DNA of 63,051 nt, counting the filler, from Olpidium bornovanus S191 (Eukaryota > Fungi > Olpidiomycota), in assembly GCA_017911155.1 (NCBI GenBank). It is 31 parts of 31 records of this genome, joined end to end, with 100 filler letters (N's around TTAATTAATTAA, not from the genome) between each part and the next. Parts side by side here need not be neighbours in the genome. Positions count along the whole stretch, not along the records: positions 48,302 to 49,558 come from JAEFCI010013286.1; positions 49,659 to 52,576 come from JAEFCI010004183.1; positions 52,677 to 54,025 come from JAEFCI010007843.1; positions 54,126 to 57,363 come from JAEFCI010010161.1; positions 57,464 to 59,142 come from JAEFCI010003552.1; positions 59,243 to 60,376 come from JAEFCI010008220.1; positions 60,477 to 61,560 come from JAEFCI010003819.1; 24 more parts are not named here. One strand, given 5' to 3'. The position numbers and the translations under genes are program-made. Every line of letters starts with the position of its first letter. Position 1 is the first letter of the stretch. The notes beneath the pieces were generated by a model. It saw only the letters and a program-made list of their open reading frames with translations, was not told the DNA's origin and made no database searches. Of the stretch, positions 48,302 through 60,571 are shown piece after piece.

Positions 48302-49300
48302 CATGACGTGCTTCCGTCCGTTCTCGCGAGGTCTCCGCTTCGTCTCATCACCGTGCGACGCCGGCCAAATGACCTCCTGGTGGCCAAGCCGCGGTCCGAA
48401 AATGCTTTTTTGCGCCCTTCCTCCCTTTGCGTTCCTGCGTTCCTTTCCGCGGTAAATAAGACAATGCTCGGATGTAAGTTCCATCACCCTTCTGGCAACT
48501 TGTAATTCTCTTTCCTGAGTCGACGCGTTCCCTGCCGACGTTACCGTGCGTGTCACAACTGGATCCGGGGTTCCCTGGAGTTCTGGTTAACGTGCCCCTT
48601 AGTGTGTTTCCTCGCCCCGCAGTTCTCCCATGGTTGCTCCGTGAGGAGCTGCTCCAGCTCGCGCGCAGCGTCCTCCACCCTTGCGTTTGTTTATCCTCCA
48701 CTCCAGGTCCTGATCTACCTAGTAGCCAACACCATCTCATCGGTTAAACAACTTAACCCGCTTTCCTGCAACCTGTCAGCAAGTGGCGTCCCGTCGAGCT
48801 CCGGCAGAGTGTACGTTACGCCATGGCACCTCCGCGTTCTGTTTACCCGACGGTGAGACTGCGGCTGTCTCAGAGTGCGATGCGGAAGGTCTGTGGTTTA
48901 CGGGGCCAAGCGAGAAACTTGCAAAGTTTTGTTGACATTCGCCAAAATGGCGAGACCACTGGTTGATTCTAGGTAAAGATAAGTAAAATCACCGATACCG
49001 CATCGTGTCGTTGTCAATTGAGTTGAGGATCCACCTACCATGCATCGAAGGCCTGTTTAACGTGAATGCTAAGGCGAGGTCGGCAAGATCACCGACACCG
49101 CATCGCCCCGTTGTCAATAAACCATGCACCGAGGGCTTGGTCAACAAAGACGAAATTGACATCACCCAAGGTGGACGGTCGCAAATTCTGTTCGTTTATG
49201 TTTCGCATTTGACTGGTCACCTGAACGGACGTCGCGCGTCCGCCACGCCCGCTAATACGGGAAGCGGCTCGAACAAAAGCTCTTCGAAAGCGTTTGCGTC
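48302..49300 (-). CDS. Possible multi-exon gene of unknown function
   Basis: Several AG/GT-bounded protein-like segments, e.g. RRCHGVTYTLPELDGTPLADRLQESGLSCLTDEMVLAT, VEDAARELEQLLTEQPWENCG and ERELQVARRVMELTSEHCLIYRG. The full splice path is unverified. Confidence 0.3.
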
Positions 49301-49444
49301 TCGAAGCTTCGCTTCGGGCCCCACCTACGTTGGCTTATCTCCGCTTGAAGCATACGGCCCCCCGCGTGCTGATTGGTGCGACTTGCGGGGTCAGGCGTCG
49401 GAAATTAACGCAGCTGTCGGGAATTTTGATCGTTGGCCGCAAAA

Positions 49445-49536
<92 letters not shown>

Positions 49537-49689
49537 ACCCCCCCCCCACCCCCCCCCCNNNNNNNNNNNNNNNNNNNNNNNNNNNNNNNNNNNNNNNNNN
49601 NNTTAATTAATTAANNNNNNNNNNNNNNNNNNNNNNNNNNNNNNNNNNNNNNNNNNNNCATGACGTATATTGAGGCAATCCGGGAGAGA

Positions 49690-50110
49690 CGGCAAAAACG
49701 CGTCCCAAAAAAATCGCGAAAAGGAAATTGAGAAAAGAAAAATCTTGGAAATAAAACGAAAAATTAAGTGAGAAAAAAAATCGCGAAAAAAAATTGAGGG
49801 AAAAATCGCGAAAAAAAATTGAGGGAAAAATCGAAAAAACAAAATCGCAGGAAAAAAAATCGAAAAAAAATCGGAGAAAAAAAATCGAGAAAAAAAAATG
49901 GAAAACGGAAGATCGACGAAAAACATCGAAGAAAAATATTGGCGAAAAAAACCAAAGGAAAAAAGTCAAAAATAAAAATCGAAGAAACAAAATTGAGAAA
50001 TGAATTGAAAAACAAATTCGACGAAAAAAATTGAGAAAAGAAATCGAGAAGAAAATTGGAAAAAAAATAATCGAGAAATAAGGCCGACAAAACAAAAAAA
50101 AGTCGAAAAA
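49690..50110. repeat. A-rich degenerate minisatellite (A-runs punctuated by TCG/TCGCG/TTGAG)
   Basis: Units such as AAAAAAATCGCGAAAAAAAATTGAGGG repeated with variation, downstream of the donor at 50131 of the transporter gene (T-rich on its sense strand). Confidence 0.85.
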
Positions 50111-50131
50111 CCGGCGACTTAACACGCACAC

Positions 50132-50712
50132 GCGTAGTTCCCGCACGCCAGCGTCAGCGAGAAAAGGGCGCCGATCGGCAGCACTCTCCGGGCCCACTTT
50201 CTCCAGGTGAGGCGGGCGTCGGCGGCGGCCGCCCCGGGCATCAGGCGGTGGTCGGCGGCGGTGGCGCGCAGCAGCCTGGTGGCAGCCGTCGCGATGAGCA
50301 GGTGGATCGTCGTGAGGGAGAGCGGGAAGGAAAACCCTCGGTCCACCAGGATGTACCGGTTGCTGAAAATGAGCGTCGTCGAGAAGAGGAACCACGCGGC
50401 GACGTAAAAGGCCGGGCCCAGCAGTCGCTTCGCCCGGCCCAGCAGGCCCCGCGGGCCGCCCGCCGCGGGGTCGTCCCTCGGGTCCCCGCAGTACTTCTTT
50501 TCCGCCGCGCGGTCGACGGCGTCGCCGAGGCGGTGGTCGTCCAGAGCCGGCGGCGAGGAAGGCGGCGACGGGGGCCCGCCGGCTGACGGGAAGAGGAGCG
50601 GGGGGACGCCCCTGCCGGCGTCTCCCGGAGCAGCCGCCGGCCTCCCTGGCAGCTCGCTGTACATTCGGTATTCGGCCGCCGCCGCTGCTGCTGCTGCTCC
50701 CGGCAAGTGCAT
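50132..50712 (-). CDS. Triose-phosphate/nucleotide-sugar transporter (TPT, SLC35E/C-like), first exon
   Basis: FYVAAWFLFSTTLIFSNRYILVDRGFSFPLSLTTIHLLIAT...LTWRKWARRVLPIGALFSLTLACGNYA is a typical TPT N-terminal half. Confidence 0.88.
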
Positions 50713-51424
50713 CGTGTGGACGCTTTATCTTTTAACCGGTGCCTCTCGGCCTCTTTCTCTTTGACAGGTTGTCTTTCGCCTGGCGATGGAAATGGGAGTT
50801 GTGGTTTTTTGTTTTTCGTTGCCAGTTTTCTTCGTAGTTCCTCTTTTTTCTTCTGCTCCTTCTTGCACTTCGTCTTCTTTCGCTTCACACAAGCTCTTTT
50901 TTCGGAAGGCCCCTCTTTCCGTCGTCTGCCGCCCGTCGTTCGCTGTCGTTCGCCGTCGTCGTCGTCGTCGTCCTGGCCTGCACTGTCTCTCTCTCTCTCT
51001 CTCTGTCGCTCTCTCTGCTCTCTCTCTCTCTCTCTCTCGGGAGAGGGAAGGAGAGGAAGCGCCGCCCCCTTTTTTCTTCCTCGCCGGGAGGGGAAGGGCG
51101 GACGAGTCCTGCCGAGGGACGGGAGGAGGAGGAGGAGGAGGAGGAGGAGGAAGGGAAGGAGGAAGAAGAGGAATGAGGAAGGAGGGCCGCTTGGGATGGA
51201 GGGAGGGATGGAGGGAGGAAGAGAGGCCCGCTTCGGCTTTACGTGCGTGGGCAGAGGCGGGGAACGGGAGCGGGGAAGAAGGAAAAACCGGGCGCGCGTT
51301 TCGTCCGCCGCCCGCATCTACCCGCGCCCGTCAAATGCCAAATTCCGCGCCTGCGCCGTCTCCGCCGCGAAAACACCCGCGCACGCACATCAAACACACA
51401 CACACACACACACACACACGCACT

Positions 51425-51462
<38 letters not shown>

Positions 51463-52234
51463 GAGAGAGTAAATCACCCTTTTTCGAAATGCAACATGCA
51501 CTCCGGCCCCGCCCCCAGAAAAGGGCAGTGCGGGAGTAGAACAAAAAAAAAAACCGGGACATTATTGTGCGAGGCCCTTTTCTTCTTCGCTGGGCCGGTG
51601 GGGGGAAATCGCGCGCCTCTCTTTCTCTTGCTTCCACCTGCGGAAGTTCCCCCGCGGTATGCAGGGGCGCGGACTTCTGGGAGAGAGGAATCCGGTGCGA
51701 AACCACAGTGTGGGAAGCGGATGAACGGGCGGGGGCCAATGCAGCATCCCCTCCCGTTGATCCATCGCAGTCCGCCGGACGCGTTTTTTTTTTAAAAGTG
51801 CGCATTTGCCGCTGTCCTTCGCCGCTCATGCATAAGCGCGCGAAGCGGAGTTGCGGGCGGGGATCGAACTCAACAAAAGAAAGAAAAAAACCCCCCCTTT
51901 GTCGCAAGCGGGAGGGGGCGGGGAGGGGAGGTGCTATTTTTACGCCGCGGACAGCGGAGGGCGGGAAACTGGGAAAACTATTTTTGAGCCGCGGGCCGCG
52001 GAGGGCGGGAAAGGCCGGCGACGTACGCCGCTCTCGAAGAAGGGGCAGCCGACGCAGCGCGAGTTTGACGCGGGCTGTGGAAAATCCACGCGCGCACACC
52101 CTGCGGAAGTGCAGGTCACGGAGGGGAGACGGCTCAAAAGTGTGACTCCACGGGCCCTGCGGAGGCGGAGGGCGGAACGCGCAATGGAAGTCGTGTAAAT
52201 TGCCATATCTACGATGCCATTGGACCGAAGCGCC

Positions 52235-52308
52235 GGTCTCTTAGCTCAGTTGGTTAGAGCGTGGTGCTAATAACGCCAAGGTCACAGGTTCGACCCCTGT
52301 AGGGACCA
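52235..52308 (+). tRNA. tRNA-Ile(AAT)
   Basis: GGTCTCTTAGCTCAGTTGGTTAGAGCGTGGTGCTAATAACGCCAAGGTCACAGGTTCGACCCCTGTAGGGACCA folds to a cloverleaf with anticodon AAT and A/B boxes. A T5 Pol III terminator lies at 52315-52319. Confidence 0.97.
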
Positions 52309-52676
52309 TAAATATTTTTACTAAAATGCGCGACTTTGTTCCGGATGGGAAAGAAAATTTTGCGCTGCCAACGGTGCCGCGAGAAACTTTTGTCGAGGGA
52401 AGTTTCAGCGAGATCCGGAATGGGAAAGGAAAAAAAAAAACCGCTCTGTTTTTTGTCTTTAGGGACCAAAACCCGGGCGCCAGTCCGGCGCCAACGCGGC
52501 TATGTACGGCTCTTATCCACTATGTACGTTTCTTATCCACCAGGTGATTCCACTGGCAGAACCGCGCGTCGGTCGCNNNNNNNNNNNNNNNNNNNNNNNN
52601 NNNNNNNNNNNNNNNNNNNNTTAATTAATTAANNNNNNNNNNNNNNNNNNNNNNNNNNNNNNNNNNNNNNNNNNNN

Positions 52677-53368
52677 GTTGTCCGTGCGAGCGAGCTCTTG
52701 CCGCGTCTGGTCGAACATACGACGAACTTCTTTGGCCGAAACGAACTCGGAAGTGTTCTTCTCGATGGCCGGGGAGCCAGAAGCGCTGGTTCCCTGACGC
52801 TTGAGGCGTTCCACGGCTTGTGGAGCTGAGGACAGAAGCGGGGTTGGCTGCGCAGCGCTTTTTGGTCCGGGCTTCTCAGGACCAGACGACGCGCATGACT
52901 CCGCTGCTGCTTTTCCTTTCTCACGAGAGGCAGAGGCGTAGCCAAGGCCAAGCTGAGAGTTCTTCGTCCCGCGGCCGCCAAGGCGCGCCGCGTCCTTCCT
53001 GGCCGCAAACGCGCGGGGAGAAGGGCTCCTCCCAACGGCCATGGTCGATCCGTGATCGAAGGTTGAGCTCGTTGTCGAGGAGAGAAGATCAGAAAAACAC
53101 GTAAACAAACCAGGGTACGCTCCGGACAACGAGTTCCTCAAGCCCGTCGCCTTCCGGCCGGCCCCGTACTTGACAGGAAAGGAGAAGTAATCGAGGTCTC
53201 TCAGAGAGTCTTTGGGCTCATAACCTCTGAGCTGAGCGGCTCTGAGGACAGTGGTGTAGGGTCTGATTTTGTTTACTTTTATTGTGTATGGTAATACGAC
53301 TATGGAAAGGCGCCTTGAGAAGCCCTGTTTGGCTGGGGTCACCCAAAATCAGAGTCACGTGACCAACA
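52677..53368 (-). mobile_element. 5' end of a second copia-like element: LTR, PBS and start of probable gag
   Basis: The LTR candidate 53368-53226 starts TGTTGG and contains AATAAA. The PBS GGTTATGAGCCC is at 53225-53214. An open frame follows (MAVGRSPSPRA...SEFVSAKEVRRMFDQTRQEL). Gag identity is inferred from position. Confidence 0.7.
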
Positions 53369-54025
53369 CAGAAAAGTCCGTCAACAGAGGAGCCCTACAG
53401 CGGAGGAGACCTCCGACGGTGGGCCGATCGACCGGACTTTCCGTGCAGAGGATTATGAGCCCGCCTTGAGGCAAATAGGAGAGTTTCTGCTCGCGGCGGA
53501 ACGCCAACTACATACTCTAGCGCCAAAAGGGGCAAACCGGTACTTTTTGGAGAGCGGCCATCTATGGAGGAAGCCAGGGCTGCGGTCAGACAAGCCGCAA
53601 CGTGTGGTCGGTTGACAGGACGAACGAATGGCGGTGCTGGCCGGCGTCCACAATCATCTCGCCACAGGTCATTTCGGTGTCGAGAGAACATATCAAAAGG
53701 CCAGAGAGCGGTACTATTGGCCCAGTCTTCGCGGTGATGTGCAGTCCTATGTGAAGGGGTGCCCCACCTGCCAGGGGTACTCCAAGACCCGATACCACAA
53801 GGAGTTGCGGCCCTCGTTTCCACCTACGATTCACTTCGAGTGGTATGTGGACTTGGTCGAACTTCCTCGTTGTCGCGGTTTTCGCTACGCGGTTTTGGCC
53901 CGCAAGGGGCTGTCAAACTACGTTGAGGGCCGTCCGTTGCGTTCTAAGCATACAGCTAGTGTGAGTCGGTTCATCCTGGAAGACATCGTGTGCCGTTATG
54001 GCCCCTGCGTCCGCATACGTGCCGA
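53369..54025 (+). mobile_element. Ty3/gypsy pol fragment (integrase zinc-binding and core start)
   Basis: VHNHLATGHFGVERTYQKARERYYWPSLRGDVQSYVKGCPTCQ (HHCC), WYVDLVELP and LSNYVEGRPL..ILEDIVCRYG. There is one in-frame stop upstream. Confidence 0.92.
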
Positions 54026-54161
54026 NNNNNNNNNNNNNNNNNNNNNNNNNNNNNNNNNNNNNNNNNNNNTTAATTAATTAANNNNNNNNNNNNNNNNNNN
54101 NNNNNNNNNNNNNNNNNNNNNNNNNCATGCAAATGACGCTCTAGGACGTTTTGAGATATAC

Positions 54162-54969
54162 CGGCAGCGTCGACCAAGCTCTCGCTCCCAGAAGGAGCAG
54201 TCCGCGGCACCTCCGGCCATGGTACCAAGAAGGTACGGATTGATCTCGATGACTTTCTTTACGGACTGAGATGCTAGAAGTTTGGGCGTCAACAACGATA
54301 TAACGGGAGGAACGCGCTCGTTAGACCTAATATGGCTCAAGAAAAGTTCCAACGATGGTTCGTTGGAGAGCCTTTGCCCTTGCGTAGAAATGGCACGGGC
54401 GCCAGTCGCGTACCAATGTACGACCCAGCGGTGGCACGGGAATCAACTGCGATGACAACGCCCTCTTTGAACTTGAAAGCCAAAGTGGTCGTCCCGTGTT
54501 CAATCTTTATGCGACAGTTTTCGGCCGAGGAGGTGTCACACTGGCTCTTAAGGAACTCCACCGGCTGCATTCAGAACGTGTCCGGCGAACGGGATCAGCC
54601 GGTGGGAAGCGGCGTAGGGCAAAGTCCCGGGCCGGTCGGGCCAGCGCGTCCCCGAACAACAGACGACGCCGAGCGTGCTTCCCCCGCTATACACGACTCC
54701 GCGGTTTTCTTCTATCCGCCTCGCCGTCTCAAGGCAGGCGGCGGAGTCAAGAGCGTGTCGCCTGCGTTACGTTGGAAATGCGTGCGGCCTGCTCCGGGAG
54801 CGAGGAGCCCCGCCCAGCGGTAACTCACGTCGTGGCAGGCGGGGACATGGAAGGACGGCAGGCAGTCGAAATCGCGGACGGCCCCGCCGCCCAATGGGCC
54901 CACCGCATCCAGCAGCGCGTCAGCTCGCGGCAGCCGGGGCGCGGAGTACTTGGCAACGAGCACGTCCAT
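54162..54969 (-). CDS. PRE2: 20S proteasome beta-5 subunit, 5' part
   Basis: Propeptide [11 protein letters not shown]...|PVEFLKSQ...[31 protein letters not shown]|[38 protein letters not shown]. Confidence 0.96.
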
Positions 54970-55304
54970 CACGGCGATGTCCGTCAGGCGGGGAGGGTTT
55001 CTTTTTTTCTCTTTTGCCTCCGCCTCTCCGCTCCCGGTGCCCGTCCGCAGCCGAGGACTGCCCCCGGCAAGTTCTGTTCCGGACGGCACTAGGCTGCCGC
55101 GCGGGCGGTGTCTCTCGTCGCTCTCTCTCTCGCTCTCTCTCTCGCGCGCGCGCGGGGGAGCGGCGGCGTGGGCGGGGCGGGTGCGTTTGGCGGGCGGCGG
55201 GGGCGGGGCCGGGCGGTGCGCGGCCGGGGCGAGAGCGGGCGGGGGCGTCCGCCCTCTCCGCCTGCCTTTCTGCACCGCCACGCCCCCACCGGCTGTTCCC
55301 TTCC

Positions 55305-57363
55305 ATGGCGGGCGCCGTCGCCTCGGCCGTTTCGGGCCGGGCTCGCCGCGCGGGCCTCCTCCAGGACTTGCTGCTCGCCTTCTTCCTCTGCCGCTTCGCC
55401 GCCGAGGCCTTCGCTCACGTCCGCCGCTTTGGCCTGCGGGGAGCCGTCGACCGCCTGGGGCGGGCTTTCGGAGGGGTAAGGTGTGCCGATGCCGTCCGCG
55501 CGCGCGAGGAGCCGCCAGGCGTGAGTTCCGCGACGCGGGGCGCGGAGGAGAAGCCGTGCGCGACTAACGTCTCCGTCTCTTCCTTCGCCTCCCATCGCGG
55601 CGGCGTTTTCTGCCGCTGCCGATCCTCTGCCTTCCCCCGCCTCCCGCCCGACCGGTACCTCCCGCCCCCGAAGAAACTGATCCGCGCCGCGCGCAAGGTT
55701 CCCGGCGCCGGCACCAATATCCAGGCCAAGGTCGATGAGGCCGTCGCGGACATCGAGCGGAGGCTCGCGCCCGTCCAGCAGGGCGAGCCGCGGTACCTGC
55801 GCCTCCCGGAGAAGGGGTTCGACGAGGGAAAGCTGGATGCCGAGCTCCGGCGCTACAAAGGCAAGGCGGAGGTCGACTACCGCGAGGGCAAAGTCTCCGG
55901 CGCGGTGTACCACGGCGCGGAGAAGCACGACACCCTGCTCGTTCGCGCGTACGGCATGTTCTACTCAGCCAACCCGCTGCACCCCGACATTTTCCCGGGC
56001 GTTCGCAAGATGGAGGCCGAGTGCGTGGCCATGGTCCTCGAAATGTTTCACGGGCCGGCCGTCGCGGGGGGCGTCATGACTGGCGGCGGGACCGAGAGCA
56101 TCCTGATGGCCTGCAAGGCCTACAGGGAGTGGGCAGCTGACGTCAAGGGAATTACTGAGCCTGAGATGTAACGCGATTTCGTAAAATTTTGTGAAAACAG
56201 CGAAGGCTCCAGGCGGGCAGAGTCGTCGTTTTTGAAGGGCTAATCGAGAACTTTTGCTTTGTTGTGGCCGGTGCCCATTCCAGGGTCGTCGCTGAATCGG
56301 CGCATGCTGCTTTTGACAAAGCCGCCCATTATTTCAAGATCAAGCTCGTGAGCATTCCCGTCGACCACGAGACTGGTGGCTTTTCCGTCAAGAAAATGGA
56401 GGCCGCTATTACCAGGAATACGATAATGGTAAGCCTCTCCTTTGCCTCTACGTTTTGGCGGAATTTTTGTCTTCCCATTATGTGGTTTTGGTCTTGGCGA
56501 AAAGCCGCCTGATTTTGTGTGAGTCCATTTAAAAGATCGTCGGATCAGCTCCGGGCTTCCCTCACGGCATCATTGACGACATCGCATCCCTCTCCGAAGT
56601 TGCCAAACGGCGGGATATCGGCCTGCACGTGGACTGCTGCCTCGGAGGGTTCATCCTGCCATTCCTGGAAAAGGCCGGTTTCTCGTGTCCGATGTTTGAC
56701 TTTCGGCTGGAGGGAGTGACTTCGATCTCTTGCGACACCCACAAGGTAGCTTTTGGAGGGTTGCTGAAGCGCGGCCCGCAGATCGATTGTACCGCAATAA
56801 ATGTTACGGACTGCTGGGTCAGTACGGATTTGCTCCCAAAGGCACGTCGGTTGTCATGTACCGCGCCAAATCGATGCGCCACTACCAGTATTTTGTGACA
56901 ACCGAGTGGATCGGCGGAATCTATGCGAGTCCGTCTATTGCCGGTTCAAGGTGCGCCCGCCCGGTCCGCCGTGCACTGCTTGCCTCGCTCGTTTCCCAAA
57001 AGCAACGCTTAACCGCCCTCCCCATTGCCAGGCCGGGAGGGCTGATAGCCGGCTGCTGGGCCGCGATGATGGAAATGGGACTTTCGGGCTACGTCGAATC
57101 AACCAAAAAGATTGTTGGCTGCGCGCGCACCATCAAAACTGGGTACGCCGCATCGGAGGGACCGATCCCGCAATTGTCTAAATTCTGGGGGCAGTTACGG
57201 ATGCCAGTATTATTTTTTTTTTAACGGAGCGCCCGAAATCGACAAAAGCATCCGGAGTTCGATCCCCGAACTGCAGGTGATTGGCGAACCGCTGGCCAGC
57301 GTGGTGGCATTCCGAAGCGCGCCCGGCACCAACGTCAACGTTTACGCGGTGGGCGACGCCATG
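55305..57363 (+). CDS. DPL1: Sphingosine-1-phosphate lyase, 3' end missing
   Basis: N-terminal [79 protein letters not shown]|YGFAPKG (PLP lysine) and [13 protein letters not shown]. Confidence 0.96.
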
Positions 57364-57474
57364 NNNNNNNNNNNNNNNNNNNNNNNNNNNNNNNNNNNNN
57401 NNNNNNNTTAATTAATTAANNNNNNNNNNNNNNNNNNNNNNNNNNNNNNNNNNNNNNNNNNNNCCCGGGGGCGG

Positions 57475-57525
<51 letters not shown>

Positions 57526-57846
57526 CGCACGGTCCGCTTTCCCACACCGCCGCCGCCGCCGCCCCGCACACGGAAGGAGGAGGAGGAGAAGCAGGCGCGC
57601 GCCCGCGCGCGAAACATTGCCTCCTCTCTCCGGCCCACACTCCCCTAGCCGCCCGCCCGCCTGGAGGCTCCTCTCGGCCCGAGCAGGACGCAGAGGAGAA
57701 CGAACGTCTCCGGGGTCCAATTTCCGCGCGAGCAGCCCCGCCAACCGCAGCCTGGGAAGAGGGGGCTGCCCGGCCCCCGCCCACCCCACTTGGACCGCCT
57801 CTCTCGGGCGCCGCGGGGGCAAAAAGCCCGAAAAGACTACTTCCCC

Positions 57847-59142
57847 ATGTGGTGGTGGGCGCCGCTGCCGCGCGGGCCGTGCCGCCGCCGCCGCAGCCGC
57901 CGGTCTCGGGCCGCCCCGGTGCTGCTCTTCTTTCTGGCCCTGCACAGCCTCGTCCTGGGCGGCGGCAGGACGCACGCGGAACACGAGCGGGAGGCGGCCG
58001 CCGGCGCGCCGCGCTGGGGGGCCACGCGCAAGCCGAAAGGCCCCGGCGGCGGGCAGTCGCTTTTCGCCGCCGCGGCGATCGTCGTGCTGGTGAGTCTCGG
58101 CTTCCCCCCCTTCCCCTCCCCCTCTTCCTTCTCACATTACAAAAAAAAAGTAGTCTTCTTAGACGCGTGCCGGCCCCCTCCCCCGCTCCTCCGGCCACAC
58201 GCACACACGCACGAACACGCAACCCCGCCGCCCGCCGACGCGGGCGAGCGACTGACTTCCTGGGAAAGGCCGGAAATTCCTGGAAAACGGCCGGGGGGCC
58301 TGCCGCTGCTGCGGAGAGAGAGGACCCGCCGAACGGGAAAAAAGACCGACCGCGCTGCACCGGCGCCCGAACGGATGTTCTCGGCAGTCCTTGCGTCCAC
58401 TCCCCCCTCACCTTTCGATTCCGGGTGGCGGTTTTTTTTTCTTCTTTTTCTGGCGAGGCTTCTGAAACCGCGATGCTAACCGTTCCCTTCCCCCCGCCTT
58501 TCTTGCTCGCAAACCCCAGGTCACGAACGAGACGCTGCCGGACAGAACCGCGGCCTTCGGTCCTCGGCTCGCCGACCGTCCGGGACTGGTGGCCCAGCTC
58601 ATCTCGATCGCGCAAATCGACCCAGAGAACCAGAAGGGCTGCAGGCCTCTCCCGGCGGCGGCGATTCCGCCGCCCGCGGCCGGACCCTGGATCGCCATGA
58701 TCGAACGAGGGGGCTGCTCTTTCATCGAAAAAGTCAGGAACATGCAGGCCAGCAGGGCTGACGCTGTCATAGTCGGCGACCCGGAGCGAAACGGCCTCGT
58801 CACGATGTTCGCGACAGGTCGGCGGGAAGGAGGGGAATGCTCCGCGGGTCTCGGCGCGTGTGTTTCTCTGAATTCGCGAGCGCTGGCAGAAGCAACGGAA
58901 AAAAAAAAAAAAAAAAAAAAAAGAGAAACGAACCAGGCACACGGGAGCGTGCGAATATCTGGGAATCTCCATCTGTTTCACATACAGACACGCTGACGCC
59001 TTGCGTCCTCACGCTCCTTATCTCGATTCAGGCGACCGAAGTGATGTTACGATACCGTCTGTCTTTGTCGCCCAGACCCAATACCAGCAGCTGAGACATT
59101 TTGTCACGGTACTCGCTCAAGCTGGCGGCAGCGGCTTGAAGG
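57847..59142 (+). CDS. PA-domain membrane protein (probable PA-TM-RING E3 ligase, RNF13/GRAIL-like), 5' part
   Basis: Signal-like N-terminus, then DRTAAFGPRL...KGC...WIAMIERGGCSFIEKVRNMQASRADAVIVGD...LVTMFAT|GDRSDVTIPSVFV. The RING is not in the contig. Confidence 0.8.
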
Positions 59143-59261
59143 NNNNNNNNNNNNNNNNNNNNNNNNNNNNNNNNNNNNNNNNNNNNTTAATTAATTAANN
59201 NNNNNNNNNNNNNNNNNNNNNNNNNNNNNNNNNNNNNNNNNNCCCCCCCGCCCCCCCCCCT

Positions 59262-59303
<42 letters not shown>

Positions 59304-60039
59304 TTCCCCCCGCCGACCGGCCCACCCTTCGCAATTGTCGGTGCACCCGTGACAAACCATTTTCAAATTCTTAGAGTTCCCACGTCAGCGCGCGATTTCC
59401 GCGTCCGCACGTTTTCCCTGCCGATGTTTCGCAGATCCAATTTACAGTTATTCTCGACCAGATTTAATTTCCCTTTTTCCCTCTCCCCAACCCTCTCCCG
59501 CCTACACCCTTCCACCCCTTCTCGATCCCCCGATCGTTTCCCACGTAAAAAGACCAATTGATTCTACAGTAGGATCGTTGAGCGCAGGCCGAAACTCAGC
59601 AGGAGCGGAGACAAAGATAATAGCAGGTCAGGCAGGGCGAGCAAAGCAGCTGAGAAAAATTTCCAGAGAAACGCAAAGTTTCTGGCTGGGTTTTGGCAGG
59701 CCGGGGGTTTGTGTGTGTGTGGGGGGGGGGTATTGTATTTTGGGCAGCAGGCACGGCGCCGAAAGGGAGACGAGCAGGCATATGGAGAACGTTTCGTTGT
59801 TCGTGTTTCTGTTTTTTGGGTCTAGCTACGTCAGGCCTATTTTATATTGCAGTCTCCTAGGAACTGCACGGGCTAAAGAAAAGGAGAGAGTCGATACGCG
59901 TAGTGTCTAGTCGTGCCAGGGGCACCCTTTTTTCTTCAGAAGGAAGGTAGGTTAATTTTTATCATTTGTTTTTCGCACTCTTTGATTATGGACACTGGGT
60001 TTGGCGATGTCGCCGTCAGCACCCTCGTGCCTCCGCCGA

Positions 60040-60135
60040 CGTGCCCTCTCCGTTATGCGCCGTCGTGCGGCCGTCGTGTGCGGCCGCCGTGCGGCCATCG
60101 TGTGCAGCCGTCGTGCAGCCGGTCGTGCGGCGCCT
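60040..60135. repeat. Degenerate short tandem repeat (CCGTCGTGCGG-like)
   Basis: gccgtcgtgcg gccgtcgtgtgcg gccgccgtgcg gccatcgtgtgca gccgtcgtgca gccggtcgtgcg. Confidence 0.8.
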
Positions 60136-60571
60136 GAGCCGGAGGGCTAGCGTACACGTTGCGAACGTTGCAAACAACTACAGATGGCGCGCGTTGCGGC
60201 TCACAAAACGTTCCGCGTTCCTCCCGTTGCTACGTCGAACGCGCACGTAAAAGCGGCATGCCGCGCGCACCCGCCATCACCCCGATTCGCAGGTCTCTCG
60301 CGGGCAATTCTTGCGGGGAATTCGCCGGATTTCTGGGTGATTTCGCATATTCTGCGGGGGGGGGGGGGGGGGGGGANNNNNNNNNNNNNNNNNNNNNNNN
60401 NNNNNNNNNNNNNNNNNNNNTTAATTAATTAANNNNNNNNNNNNNNNNNNNNNNNNNNNNNNNNNNNNNNNNNNNNAAAAAAAAAAACCAACACGGTAAA
60501 CAAACGTCCCGCCACTCCTCATCCAGACAGAACCCGCCCATCCGTCCGCCCTCCCCCGTCGCAACCGCCGC

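Noticed and set aside
52235-54025. Retroelements targeted next to the tRNA-Ile gene
   Set aside because: The tRNA and the retroelement cluster are on different contigs separated by an artificial linker, so adjacency is unsupported.
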